This document shows positions 10,901 through 23,770 of a stretch of DNA of 64,000 nucleotides, one piece after another. Made by a program: the position numbers and the translations under genes. Within the stretch, counting starts at the first letter, position 1. Every line of letters starts with the position of its first letter. Location: positions 69,316,001 to 69,380,000 of the forward strand of contig NC_058377.1 in NCBI RefSeq assembly GCF_018350175.1, read 5' to 3'. Below the pieces are notes generated by a model. The model ran no database searches and had not been told where the DNA came from. It saw only the letters and a program-made list of their open reading frames with translations. Source of the DNA: Felis catus. Its lineage: Eukaryota.

Positions 10901-13900
10901 GACCCCCAAATGGAAGCTTGTATGTTTTCTTTCCACTGCTCCATGCCCATTCATTATAGCCTTTGAAAGCAAATATTCTGCTCGGGCCGAGGAGACCACT
11001 CCGTACGATGTTTACACGCGTTCTCCTGCGTCATGTTTTCTGTGAGACCTCTCAGATGTTTCCAGAAGAAAGGTATACGTTTTCAATTCATAAACAACAA
11101 CAACGTAAGAAAACCATTTCTTTCTGTGCCCATTGCCCTCCCTTTGGCCCTTCGAGTAAGGAGAGAACAGATCTGGCCCTGAGTCGTTGGTACAGGGACA
11201 TTCTTGAGTTTCACAGAGGCAACACCAGAGAAGCCAGACCTGTGTGAACGTGGGAAGGGGAGCCTGCAAGATTCCCACAGCGGGAGGGCCCCCAAAGGTG
11301 GGACCCCACACATCAAGCCCTCCACGGACAAAGCTGGACCCTCCCCCTGTTGAGCTGGGCTGTGGCCAAGAGGCCTTTTAGCAAAGGACTGTGGGTCCCG
11401 CAGGGATTGATCGACTCCCTGCAAGTGTGGCTGGAGACAGGTCCGAGCTGGCAAGATATGAGGAAAATCCCAGGACCTTCGGTGCCCCCCTCCCCAGCCC
11501 ATCTTGAACAAAACACCTCTCTCCAGCACAACCCTGGCACTTCTTTTCTCCTCTTCATTTAGCAAAGGAAAGAAAATCGAGGAGGTCACGTTTCTAGACA
11601 TCTCAAGCTCCAGATCCAAACTCCCGCCCAAGGAACCGCGCACTTTTGGGAGAGCCCAGGGTGTCTCAGACAGCTCTGACATGTAGCTGGCCCGGATGCC
11701 CAGGACTGCCTGAGGCTTCTTGGGATGGTAAGTAAATGCACATATTTTAAAACTTGGAGCCAGATTTCAAAGGGGCTTTGTATGTGTTTTTACAATTAAA
11801 CCAAGAAAAAAAAAATCCTCTCTATTTTGCGATGCAGGTATAGCTCTTTTGAAGCCGGGTGGAAAGCCAGCCAGATTTATGAAAGTAGTTACCACACTGA
11901 AACTTTAGAAGCTGCCTCCGGTCCTTCTCAGGATGACGCCCGCTATGAAAATCAACAGGCAAATACAAATGTAATTAAAATATTATCACAAAAATGTAGA
12001 TCAGCGTCAACGGGATCCAAGACAAGAACTTTGACAGGGGATTTAGGCAGAGAAAGCCGGGCATTGGTTTCTAGATTTGGAGGTAAGATATGTAAAGTAC
12101 TGGGTTGGGTCTTGAATACATTCGCTCTCGAGCTATAATCTGTGAGTCTCTGTCGGTGGGTGGCCTGGGCAGGCTGGAGGGTGGGGGTGCTGATGGGGTC
12201 AAATCTGTGATGGGACATTGAGGGGGACTGAATTTCCCCTGAGGAGAGCCTCCTATTCTCACCGGTAGAAAAGGAGAATTTGAGAACCTGACCCTTGACT
12301 CCTCTTCCTGAGGTTTCTCTTAGGCTTCTTTCCCCTCCCCCACCCCTGCCCTGCAACCCTCTTTGAAGCACCAAAGGGATTCGAGGGGCATTCCGTGCAC
12401 CTGCACCGGCTGCCTCCCTGGCTCTCCGCCTACAGGCTCAGGAGACACTTGCCTTGGTCACGGCACCCCCTCTCCCACCTCTCATGTAATCAGTTTCTTC
12501 CTGTAATAAATCGGTTCTGAATTCCTACACCGAGAGAACTCTTTCTGACTTGACCCTGCCCACCGAAGAGCCAAACCTGAGAATCCTTGGTGACGGACCA
12601 ACACAGGTGAAGTCCCTTTCCTGCCCTAGCGTGGAGTTTTACCCTCCCCTTATCACCGACCCTATCTGGGGACTCACGGGTTACCTCTGAACACCACTCT
12701 GGGGGCCTGTATGTAAACCACAGCCATTTATCAAGCACATAACTATGTGGCCCCGCATTCTACCGCCTTGCCGGAGGGTATGGCTGTCACCATAGTGGAG
12801 GACGTCTCCTAGTATAGGACTTGTGTGTCATGTTCTCATACTATAGAATGTCAGGGGGTATTTACTAAAAGAAAACCAATAATTAAAATAGAGGTGAAAG
12901 GGGGTGCAGGCCCCCGGCTCTGGGCTGCTTTGGAGGAGGCAGGAACAGTGAGAAGTGTGGGTCGTTGGCCCTCCTGCGCTTGCTGGGAGGTCATGGCAGT
13001 TCATCACTGCGTCGTCAGCCTTTGCCTCATGGACTTGCCCCAAGCAGCCTTCCGCCTGCTGTCTGGGCCGCAGCACCTCCACGCTCTGCCCTCCCACGAT
13101 CCCATCCAACACGGAATGATCATCCAGAGAGTAATTTACAAGCCGACTCCCCTGACATGGGCTCCTGCAAGTCCTGGCGGGTGTCTGCTGGCTTGGGTGG
13201 GGAAGCGGCCCTAGCTGTAAAGCCCCTACGCACCTGCAGGCCCCAGAAGTGTCCCCCGCCCGCCCTCTCCTGCAATCTCCCGCTGCATCTCGTGTTCCAG
13301 CCCAAGTGCAGGGGAGGGAGATCAGACATAAAATTCCGGGGGCGGAAAATTCCTCCCACAAGGACATTCCCGCCCCCCCCCACCCCTTTCCAATGAAGCA
13401 GAAATTTTAACTCTTCAGGGCAAATTTTCAAAGCTGAGTAACTACCTATTACACACTTAAATCCTGTTATTTGTTAACAGTATTTGAATGAGTAACTTGC
13501 TCCCAAAGCCATGGGAGCGTATCTTTTAATAGAGCAGGGGCGATTAGAGATGAAAAGTACCCGCGCGGTGCGCTGCCAGAGGCTGTTCTGTGCTGGCATT
13601 CCAAGGCTGGTGAAAAAGAACTTTCTTTAGGAGGATGTAGAAGGAGGGTGGCTTAGCGGGGAGAGAGAGCACAGAGTATATATCCGTGTGGCAGGAAAGG
13701 TTTGGGAATCACCTGCTTGACCACTTTGTGTGTGTGGTTCAGGGACCTGTCCTGTGACTGTCAGTTGCAGGCAAGTGTCTGTCAGAGAAACAGACCAAGG
13801 CTCGCAGGGTAGAGCAGGGATGTCAACTGAAAGAAAAAGGCCCTGAACGCTCTCTCGGGACTCCCTCTCCACCGGTCGCATTTACAGAGTCACCTTCCCG

Positions 13901-14177
13901 CGGTAATGTACGAAAACACCCTCCACTCCCCTAGCGCTGAGCCATGAGTATGGAAACCCTGGAGCAAATAAGTGAGTGTCTTGGTGATGCTGAGACCCTC
14001 CAGGATGGACACTTCCAAGCCCCTTGCAGTGTGGTGTCCCTAGATGGGACTGCCAAGCCATCAGAGAAAGGTACTGCAGCCGAAGAACGAAGCCAGAGAC
14101 CTGGGGGATTCTGGCACATCTCGAACACCACCAGGCTCTGAGCTCAGCTCCGAGTGCGAGGTGACATGGCGTACAAG

Positions 14178-14362
14178 AGCGGGTTCTCCAAGTTGGCTGC
14201 ACGAAAGAATAATTACACGAAGGAGTTTGTAAAAATCCTGATGTCCAGACCACGCACCCCCAACACTCAGTGATTCAGACTCTCTGGTGGTGGGACCCCA
14301 CGCATCGGTAATTTCTCAAGCTTTTCAGGTGATTCCAGCACATACCAAATTTGAGCAGTGGT
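14178..14362. mobile_element. MER5A-like hAT-Charlie MITE
   Basis: ggttctccaagttggctgcac...aaaatcctgatgtccagacc...ttcaggtgattcc...tttgag. Confidence 0.7.
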
Positions 14363-14644
14363 GGTGCCGAATGGTTGGAATGATTATGAATGAGACTTGG
14401 GGACCCACTGGGGAGAGAAGAAGGGTTATCAGCTTCTGGTTGGCAAAGGAAGCATTCAAACAGAGAAGACTCCGAATCCTCCTTCTTTTCGTATGAACGT
14501 TGTAACGTCCTTCGGGGGTAAAAATATTGCTCCTTCTTCCTTTGGAAGAGGAACCCTACAGCTCAACTAGCTTAGCTTTTTTTTAGGTGGAGGGGTAAAC
14601 TTGACTTTGTAGTGTTTATAAAATATTTTAAAAACTTTTGGGGG

Positions 14645-15165
14645 GGGGAGATAATTTCACACTTAGCATAGGAATTTCAAGAATAATATATAAAGCCCTA
14701 GTATACTTTTCTCTAGAGCGCTAGTTGTTAATATTGTCATATTTTTTCATATATATACAGACATATGTGTATATGCACATATAATACACATCCCTATATA
14801 TATGTGTGTGCACACACACACAATCCCTGTGTGCATACACACACATATGTGCATTGTACATATTTCTTTCTGACCATTTGAAGATTAGTTGCATATACCA
14901 TGCCCCTCTCTATGGATTGTGCCCTTTCGATTTAATGCCATGGTGTATATTTCCCAAGAACATGGATATTATCATCTTCTATAACCACAGTACAATTATA
15001 AAATTCAGGAAATGTGACATCCGTACAGTACGATTGTCTAATCTACAGTCCATGTTCCAATGCTGTCAATTGTTTTAATAATGTTAGCTTTTATAGATTT
15101 TTTTTTCCCCCAATTCAGAATCCAACCTAAAATCACACTTTGCATTTGTTTACAGTTTTAACTTC
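14645..15165 (-). mobile_element. L1MC-type 3' end with internal (TA/CA)n low complexity
   Basis: gaccatttgaagattagttgca...ttcccaagaaca.ggatatt...ataaccacagtacaattat...aatccaac. Confidence 0.7.
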
Positions 15166-15379
15166 CTAGTAGGGAAGGGAGAGATTTACATTCAAAATTT
15201 CCTGCTGTGTAATATAACATAACATAAGGAAGATGTCCTCTGATCTTAAATTATTTCTCATTCCTAAAATTCATAAGCCAAAGTTTTATTCAAAGCTCCC
15301 TCAAAAGTTAAAAATGAAAAACTTTCTCATGATCTTTCAAATCTTTAGTGTCTCAAAGAACTCACAACATGTTACCATA

Positions 15380-15805
15380 TTTCACCTGTTTTTCTCATAG
15401 CATGAACACAACATTGCCGTGTAAGGGAAATCTCCCACAATATGTGTGTGATGCACGAAGCGTTATCTCTGGTGATGTCTTCTCAAGAGGTAACCAGGAA
15501 ATGCTTGCTCCGTGAATGAATGAATGAATGAATGACCCCTTGCTTGGATTACTGCAATAGACTCTCAGCTGTTTTCTGGCTTACCTCCTTCCCCTACCTC
15601 CCCCCCTGCTCTTTTTTTCATAACCCGGCAACCAGAATGATCCTTTTAAAAACCTAACTCAGAGCGTGTCCCTGTGCACACTCTCAACGCCTTCTTTGGC
15701 TTCTCAACTCATTGAGAAGAGTCGGCATCTTCAAAATTACCTACAAGGCCCCGTGCGTTTTATCCTGTGGACCACCTGTGCCCATCTGCTCTCTCTCTCC
15801 CTCCC

Positions 15806-15837
<32 letters not shown>

Positions 15838-16030
15838 CTGTCATCTTTTACTACCCCTCCATCGCTTGTGTCCCCTGCTGTAGTCACACTGGCATCCGTG
15901 TGGTTTTTTGAAGGCACAAGGCCCACTTCTGCCTCAGGGCCTTTGTACTTGCTTATAATCCTATTCTTCCCCCATCTATCCACCTAGCTTGTCCTCGGCT
16001 CTTTTCAGGTCTCTGTTCAATTATAAACCC
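15380..16030 (+). mobile_element. L2 fragments, with a (GAAT)n tail at 15514-15534 and (CT)n at 15788-15836
   Basis: ggattactgcaatag...ccagaatgatcctttt...gcctcagggcctttgtacttgct. Confidence 0.65.
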
Positions 16031-16297
16031 TCTCATCCCTGCCCCTGCTCTGCTCTCCAGGAGGCTCCTCCTTGTGCATTTATCTTCCTCCTCCCTATCT
16101 GATGGGCTTTGGGGGCCACACAGCCTTCTTAGCCCATTTAAATTTTATGGAAAGTTGGGGTCCCAAATTTTGACTTCTTTCTTTAACTTCTATTCGCCAA
16201 CCAGCCAATACTTTTGGAACCCCTCCCTATTGAAATTTGTCAAAGGCCGAAAAGGGCAACAGAAACTCATTCTGTTATCCAAACACTTTCCTTCGAC

Positions 16298-16509
16298 CAG
16301 GAGGTGGCAAACAGGCCAAATCCAGCACACTTCCTATTTTTGCAAATAAAGTTTTATTGGAACGTAGCCGTGCTCATTTGTTTACATATTCTCTATGGCT
16401 GGTTCCATGCTATAATAGTAGAGCTGAGTAATTTCAAAAGAAACCATAAGGCCTGTACAGCTGAAAATATTCACCACCTGGGTCTCTACCAAAAATTTGC
16501 CAGCCCCTG
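16298..16509 (+). mobile_element. MER58A-like hAT-Charlie MITE, full length
   Basis: TIR-like ends caggaggtggcaaac / tttgccagcccctg; 8-bp TSD ccttcgac / ccttacac. Confidence 0.88.
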
Positions 16510-17259
16510 CCTTACACTTCTAAATTCAGATGGCTCATGGTCTGCTTTCCAAGTGTGCAGGCCCAGCTTCCCTCACTTTTTGCCAATGCATACCATGGAT
16601 TGCCACCTTTCTGGACTAGCAGCTAAGCTAACGCCACATAGCTTAGATTTCCGGTATGGCAGTCTGGAAGGTGTGACCTCCAAGGTCACTCTGCAGGTGG
16701 AGGAGTACTGTTCTCAACTGCCTTTCCTTCCGTTGGCCAGACTAGTTCTAAAATCCCAGTTTAAGTATCAGGTGGGGGGCAGAGGGGTGACTGGGGGATA
16801 TCTAGAGGGCTGTTTGAATGTTTGATGAATTCTAGCCCGTCTTTGTAACTTTGATCCTTTACCTCCATGCAAGATGAGATCTAAACTCGCCCCCACTGAG
16901 ACACTCTTGGAGAATCCCATAGCATGGGATTCCACAGAATATGCCAGAGGGCCTGGAAGTCTTTTCTCATATCCAGCAAAAGCATGGGGTGTCTTTTATC
17001 TTAGAGCGCTGGGTGCACGGAAGAGGTAATTTGAGGAAAAGGAGTGTAAGTGAAGGAAATGGGGAGGGGGAGAAAAAGCGTGTGAGAAAGAAAAGGATAC
17101 TGGAAGTCACCAAGAGGGGCAGCCCTCTTCCAGTGACTGAAGGTCTAGAAGCCTGTGAGCTGGGCTTTTCAGAGCCGGGGCACCACTGAAGCCCAAGCTA
17201 TCATTATGACTACAAAGCTATCTACTTATTTCGATTGTATTATTGAAAATAGTGAATCA

Positions 17260-17477
17260 GGGGCGCCTGGGTGGCGCAGTCAGTTAAGCGTCCGACTTCA
17301 GCCAGGTCACGATCTCGCGGTCCGTGAGTTCGAGCCCCGCGTCAGGCTCTGGGCTGATGGCTCGGAGCCTGGAGCCTGTTTCTGATTCTGTGTCTCCCTC
17401 TCTCTCTGCCCCTCCCCCATTCATGCTCTGTCTCTCTCTGTCCCAAAAAATAAATAAACGTTGAAAAAAAAAAAAAA
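17260..17477 (+). mobile_element. CanSINE, young felid subfamily
   Basis: Perfect 15-bp TSD gaaaatagtgaatca (17245-17259 / 17478-17492); CpG-rich. Confidence 0.97.
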
Positions 17478-17624
17478 GAAAATAGTGAATCAAGCATTTT
17501 ATGACTGGAAGTGACTTCCAAAATAAACTTCGTTTCCCCCCAAGCAATTAAAGACGAGTTTAGAGTTCACTTCTGCTTAATAGATCAAGGTAGAAAATTG
17601 CATTTTCTATTAAAAAAAAATGTT

Positions 17625-17870
17625 CAGAGAGCTTTGGGGGAACGCTGGGTCATAGGCCCGAGAGACAGGAGGCTGGGCTCTGTGTCCAGCTCTTTTTTTC
17701 CGACCCTGTTCATGACCCTGAGAAGTCGAGTCGTGTAACCTTCTTGGAACCTCAGTTTCTCCCTCTGAAACAACCAGTGCTTGCCTCTTTGGGCAAGCTG
17801 CATGATTAATAATGACACAGTGTAAGCAAAGTTACTTTGAGGTCTTTGGATGAAAGACAAACTATAAACT
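17625..17870 (+). mobile_element. MIR
   Basis: aaccttcttggaacctcagtttctccctctgaaa core. Confidence 0.65.
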
Positions 17871-18459
17871 CTGCTGGAGATTTACTGTCTTATTAAAGAA
17901 ATGGCAGCATATAGTCCTCCACTAATAAAGGCTGACAAAAGTAAGCGTTCTCCATTCATCCCGGCAAGGACAGGCTATTCATGTATTGCAAGTATGATGA
18001 GAGAGGGTGTTTCCAGGGTCATTAAACTTTATATTAATATCGCCCAGGAACATGTTTTGGATCTACGTCTATATTATCACCTGGAGTGGTAGCCAGTAGG
18101 GCCAGCCATCTAGGTTTATAATTACATAAGGACTAACAACGAACAAAACGGGCATGTAGAGTAGCTTTGTCCCTTGACTTGGATACGAAGGGAATAGGAA
18201 GAATTGCCACCCAGCACATTAAGACCAGAATTCTGGTAAAACAAGAAAAAGCTATGAGACAAAGACAGAGCATCGTGTGAGGATCGCCTTGGCTGAGTGT
18301 CCTGAAAAGTTAGGCAGGAAGGAGGCCTGTGTCGGTCCACATAGGAATACAGAGATTTCAGAGGTGCTCTTAATTCCTAGTATCCACGCTTCTCATCAAT
18401 CCAACCCAGACACAGTCACCTCCATCTTCTTGGCCATTGTGGGTGACTCTTCTGGTTAT

Positions 18460-18720
18460 GTGGGAAGAGTTAAGGAACGTGAATCCAAAGACTTTTAGCT
18501 CTGCGATGAGCTGTGCAACCTTGAGCAAACTGTTGCCTGAGCTGTAAAATGAAGGCCCGGAGCTAATAATAAAACTAACGTCCGCTGAGCACATACGAAG
18601 TACCAGGCCCCTTTCTGTTCCTGGCGTATGCCCTCTTTTCTTCAGTCCTCTGATGTGGGTCCTATTATCTTCATTTAACAGGTGAAACTGTGGCTCAAAG
18701 AACTTGCCAGGTCTTTTATG
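18460..18720. mobile_element. MIR fragments (both orientations)
   Basis: gagctgtgcaaccttgagcaa; ggtgaaactgtggctcaaag. Confidence 0.55.
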
Positions 18721-18853
18721 CACAGGCATTTATTTGATACACATTTACTAAGTGTCTACTATATATCAGTCGCCAAGAATCAAGGAAAGACATTCAGTCC
18801 TCATCCTTGACGAGCTCAGAAGGTGGAAGAGCCTCCTACTGAGAGTCTGCCTT

Positions 18854-19213
18854 CGTCCTTAGTCTGCTTCTGCTGCTAGAACAACATACCATAAGCTAGG
18901 GGGCTTAAACAACAGAAATTTCTTTCTCACGGTTCTGGGGCCTGGAAGTCTCCACGAACTTGTTCTGGTGAGAGCTCTCTGCTGGGCTGCAGACTTTTGA
19001 CTTCTCACTGGGTCTGCCCATCTGGAGATCAGAGAGGAAGCCAGCTCTCTAGTGACTCTCGTAAAAACACCAATCCCGTTCATGGGGACTCTACGCTTAT
19101 GACCTCATCTAATGCCAATTACTTCCCAAAGGCCCCACCTCTTAGTCCCATCACAGCGGGGGTAGGGTTTCTACACGTGAGTCTGGGAGGCACACAAACC
19201 TTCAGTCCATAAC
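18854..19213 (-). mobile_element. MLT1A-type MaLR solo LTR
   Basis: ttagtctgcttctgctgctagaaca...ggcttaaacaacagaaatttctttctcac...atgacctcatctaa...ttcagtccataaca. Confidence 0.85.
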
Positions 19214-19299
19214 AGAGTCACTACTAGAAGATGGAAGGCTGGAAATCTGACCTTGGGTCTAAGATCTTAGCCTTGTCGATGTGCTGAATCAGTACGCAA

Positions 19300-21555
19300 A
19301 CATGCTGCTATTTCGTCCCTCTTAACAAACAAATGGTTTCTCTTGACCCCATTTTACCCACCAGCTACTGCCCCACCTTTTTGCTTCTCCTTCCAATACT
19401 TCTGTGAGGAGATGTCTGTACTCCTCTCCAATGCCACTCCTCCTGTGCTCTCTTACACTCACCCCACCCAGGCCTTGGTTTCCACCAAACCACCGGAGTC
19501 TGATCATGGTGGTCAAGCATCTCCACATTACAGTGACTTAGTTCCACGTCCATCCTCGCCACGAGACTATGTGTTCCTCCACGGGCTAAACCGGGCGCTT
19601 CTCACCCGTCATCTTCCTTGACTCCGCAGCAGCATTGGACACACTCACTTGACGCCTCCCTCCTCCTTGATATGCTTTCTTAACTTGTCTTCCAGGACAC
19701 CCCTTCCACTTGTTCGTTTTTGTTATTGTTGGTCTGTCTGCTGGATTGTCTTTTGTTTCCCAATCTCCTTGGTTGCTCCTTATCAGTCTTCCTTGTTAGT
19801 GTGTTCTCTTCTCCCCAGATTTTTGGCATGGCAGTATTCCAGGGCTCAGACCTTGGGCCCCTTCTCTTTTCTGTCCACACTCCCTGGGTACTAATGCCCG
19901 GTTTCAAGGTTTGTCATACCGTCTTGATGCAGATGAGTCTCCCGTTTATATTCTTGGTCCAAACGTCTCTCAGATTTCCAACTTGAGAAACTAACTGTTG
20001 CGTGTCACCTCTGATTTGGACACCCCAAATCAGCATGTGCAGCCTTACCACCTGCTGTTTTCACTGAAACATGTTCTACTTGCCGCTTTCTCCATCTCAG
20101 ATGATTCTAACTTTATTCTTTGGGTTTCCGAAGCCAAAAACCTTGACTCACACTGCACTCCACTCTTGCTTGCATCCTCTACATCCAAAAGATTAGGAAA
20201 TGCGTTTGGTTTTACCTTCAAAAGGTATTTAGAAACTGACCAGTCCTCACCATGCCCCTGCTCCTACTCTGGTCCAAACCACCATTAACTCTTACTTGGG
20301 CATCTACTCTGTGCTGGGTTTTGTGCCAGATGCCAGGAATATAGATCAGTAGGACCTAGTCCCTGCCACAGAGAGCACAGAGTCTACTGGGAAAGATAGA
20401 TAAAGAGCTAGATAATTTGCATTGCACTACAGTAAATGCTATGACAGAGACATGGAAGTCTGGAGAAGGGATGCATTCTCCATATTCCCTTATAGCTCAG
20501 ATGTTGAAGCTGCTCATGCCAGCCTTATATCTTTAAACTAAGCTGACCCCACAATGTTCTAGGCAACCTAAGACCAATTAAAACAAGGCTCAGGTTCCAT
20601 TCACGGCTCCTAGACCCATTTGCTTATAATATGTCAATACCTTTCTTTTTCTTTTTTTTTTTTTTAATCTTTGCTTTCTAATTCCCTGTGTCATACTCAT
20701 CCATAGATAGAACTCAGACCTTCCCAGCATTGACATTCAGTGTGTCCAGAATGTGGCCTACACTGACTTCCGTTCTCCTGGTAACTTTGGCTAATGGCTC
20801 ACTGGCCCAGCTCTGGCCCCTGGGGACTCAGCCCCAGTGGGCTGGCTGGGGCTGATAAAATTCAATTCCCATTGAATTGGTGCTTCATTGAGAACAACTG
20901 GCCTTGGCATCCTCAGTAAGAGAAATGTCTACTTATCCATCCTTTCCATTTGTTTTTCGCTGTTCCGCCTGGATCCAGACTCACTAGATTCTCTCCTTCC
21001 TCCATTCCCTCGCAGCCAATCTTGTACATGACTCTCATTTACATATGCCTAAACAACTGCCTTGGCTCCATCTTTTCCAGCTAAAAGCCTTCCAAGGCTC
21101 TTTATTACCTACCCAATGGGCTCAAAATCTGTTAGCAATCAAGACCCATACTTGGCCTCAAACTTCTGCTGTCTCATGTCCCAGCCATATTTCTGCATAA
21201 CCACGCCCTGTCTACTCATGGAGACCATAACATGCATACGTTTGTTCATCTCCAGGCCTCTTCTGTGCCCTCTCCTTTGTCGGGAATGTGCTTCTCCACT
21301 TCTTCACCGAGGTAATATCATTAACACCTGTGCCGAGTCTCTGCCCCTGCCAGCTCACTATGACCCCTCTGAAGTCACAGTCCTCAGGCCCATATCATCA
21401 GCAACTACTCATGTCCTTACTTTCTCAGAGCATTTCTTGCAGTGTAGTCTTTATTATATGCATGCGGGGTTTTTTGGTTTTTGTCTTTTGTTTGTTTTGT
21501 AGTTTTACATTGTATTTAGCCCTCTCCTGGGCCTGTTTTCTCTCTCTTGTGAGCC
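19300..21555 (+). mobile_element. L2 (ORF2/3' fragments; a short opposite-strand piece at ~20300-20480)
   Basis: cagcagcattggacac...ccagggctcagaccttgggccccttctcttttct...ccatctcagatga...gccaaaaacctt. Confidence 0.7.
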
Positions 21556-21559
21556 CTCA

Positions 21560-21780
21560 GCATGGCAAGAGCGGGAGAGCCTAGACTTTGCAGTCAGACA
21601 GACCTGAGTTTAATGCTGGTTCTCTCATTGACTAGACATGTGACTTTGAGTAAGCCACTCGATCTGGGACCTCAGTTTCCTCGTCTGCAAAATGGAAATG
21701 GTAACTAACTCGCAAAGTTGTTGTGACGATCAGAGAAGACAACATACCTGGAGCTTCCTAAGAGTGCGTGGCTCAGTATT
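21560..21780 (+). mobile_element. MIR
   Basis: agactttgcagtcagacagacctgagtt...cctcagtttcctcgtctgcaaaatgg. Confidence 0.8.
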
Positions 21781-23070
21781 TTCTCCCTCTTTGTGTCCCA
21801 TATGGAGCCTTGTGCATAGCACATTTTGAAAATCTTTTGGTTTAGTTTTGAAACAAAATGTCTTTTGTGAATTATGAACGATTATAGCACCGTCATAGGG
21901 TAGATACAGGCACCCATTCCTGCAGTACGCTTTAGCAAAAGGAAAAGAAAAAAAAAAGGCAAATACTCAGGATCCATAAATGAAGCAAAAGCTGAAAAAA
22001 AGGAGTTTCAAGTAGTATCTGATACTTTGGCTGTCCTTGGGGGTAAAGTCGCCAAGTTGGGGTTCCATCTTCCATTCGGGATCAGGGACAAGGCCTTCGA
22101 TGAGGACCCTGCATAGAGCCAGTACCTTCTAGGGGCACATTCTGGGAAATAAAGCCTGCCGGTCATGGGCTCTGGGGAAGGCAAAAAATTCCCTTCTGAA
22201 AAACTATAACCAGAAGCCAATTGTCACTGAAGGGTTATACCCACCAGGGGTTTGAGGTTCAAATGTATATTTCCTGAGTGGCAGGGAGTCCCCAGCAATT
22301 CAACATGAGAAACATCCTGAGCTGGTAGCAAGGCTTCCAGAAGCAAATGCAAAACCACTTTGAAGACACCCTCTACAGCCACCCAGGCTACGCAGGAATG
22401 CCACGAGCACCGCTGCACGTCAGCCCGCGCTCAAAGTTATGAAACACACAAGGAAACAATCACGCGGGAAACAGCAGCCACAAGCAAACCACAAGGCAAC
22501 AACAAAAGCAGCCAAATTAGACGCCCAGGGTAGCAATAGGTACTGCGGTGGTTAGACGGGAGCCTGTCTTCCAGGGGCATCCAATCAGCCTGGGAAATAA
22601 TTCACTACCAGCGTAAGGCAAGGCCGACGAATCCCAGTTTAATAATTACCACAAGGTAATCCGAGTAAGTTCTTCAGCTCTCAGAATGTCATTTTCTTAG
22701 AAAGCAAGGCTTTACCCTGTAGATCACAGAAGGTTTTGGAACTCACGAGTTAAACCTCTTGAGGACACATAGGCACAATGTCCAGCACTAATTTGTGCTC
22801 AATAACCGTTGGCTAAATGAATTCATGAGGAAATAAAAGAAGTGGGTCCGACCAGCACTGCAGAGCCTGGGGCCAATGGATGTAGAAGAAGGAGAAGAAG
22901 AAACAAATTGTATTTTCTCTCCAAGGCAGGAGCCCAGCTGTGTAAAGGACGCACTTGTGAATAAACAGGTAGAGTTTACATCAGGCACTCGCCCACCAGC
23001 CTGCTCTGACTTCTGGAGTTTTCCCAGCATGGACCCATCAAGACTATCCTACTCTCAAATGTCCCCCTGC

Positions 23071-23262
23071 CTTTTTTTTTTTAATGTTTATTTTTGAGGG
23101 GGGGGGGCGGGGCAGAGAGCGAGGGAGGCACAGAATCTGAAGCAGGTTCCAGGCTCTGAGCTGTCAGCATAGAGCCCGACATGGGGCTCGAACCCACGAA
23201 CCACGAGACCATGACCTGAGCTGAAGTCTGACGCTTAACCGACTGAGCCACCCAGACACCCC
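23071..23262 (-). mobile_element. CanSINE
   Basis: 16-bp TSD tcaaatgtccccctgc. Confidence 0.95.
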
Positions 23263-23549
23263 TCAAATGTCCCCCTGCTTTGAATGCCCATCTCTCCAGT
23301 GCTGGGGGTCGGACTGCCCTGTCCTTGGGAAGCACTCAGGCTGGGATCCGGGTCGGATAGGAAGAGCCATTACCTGCCCACCCAGCGTCTCCGGATGCCT
23401 GCAGCTCTCAGGGATGTGTGTTTTCCCGCATGAGTCTCTACTTGCTATGACAAAGTGAAATGAATTTATTCCAGCTATGTGGGCCGGCTGGAGGGGAGGC
23501 GGAAAACCCTTATCCAGGCTCCCTTACCATGTCCCCCCCTTGAGGTCAC

Positions 23550-23770
23550 CTTCATTCGTTGGCTCATGCAGTCAACAGATATCTATTGAATGCCTACTTC
23601 TGTTCAAGGCTCTGGAGAGGCAGCGATGAACAAGACTGAACATAGCTATGCTCCCAAGGAGTTTTCCTTTCAGGAGAAGAGACATCCAATAATAAAAACA
23701 AATCCTGGACAAAATAAATGCCCAGTGATAAGTGCTATGGGAAAAAGCCAAGCGGGAGAGGTGGGAGGCG
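23550..23770 (-). mobile_element. L2a 3' end
   Basis: caacagatatctattgaatgcctact...gcgatgaacaagac...gataagtgctatgg. Confidence 0.75.

Noticed and set aside
17260-17345. tRNA-like A/B box sequences
   Set aside because: Heads of tRNA-derived SINEs followed by a CT tract, A tail and TSD; not tRNA genes.
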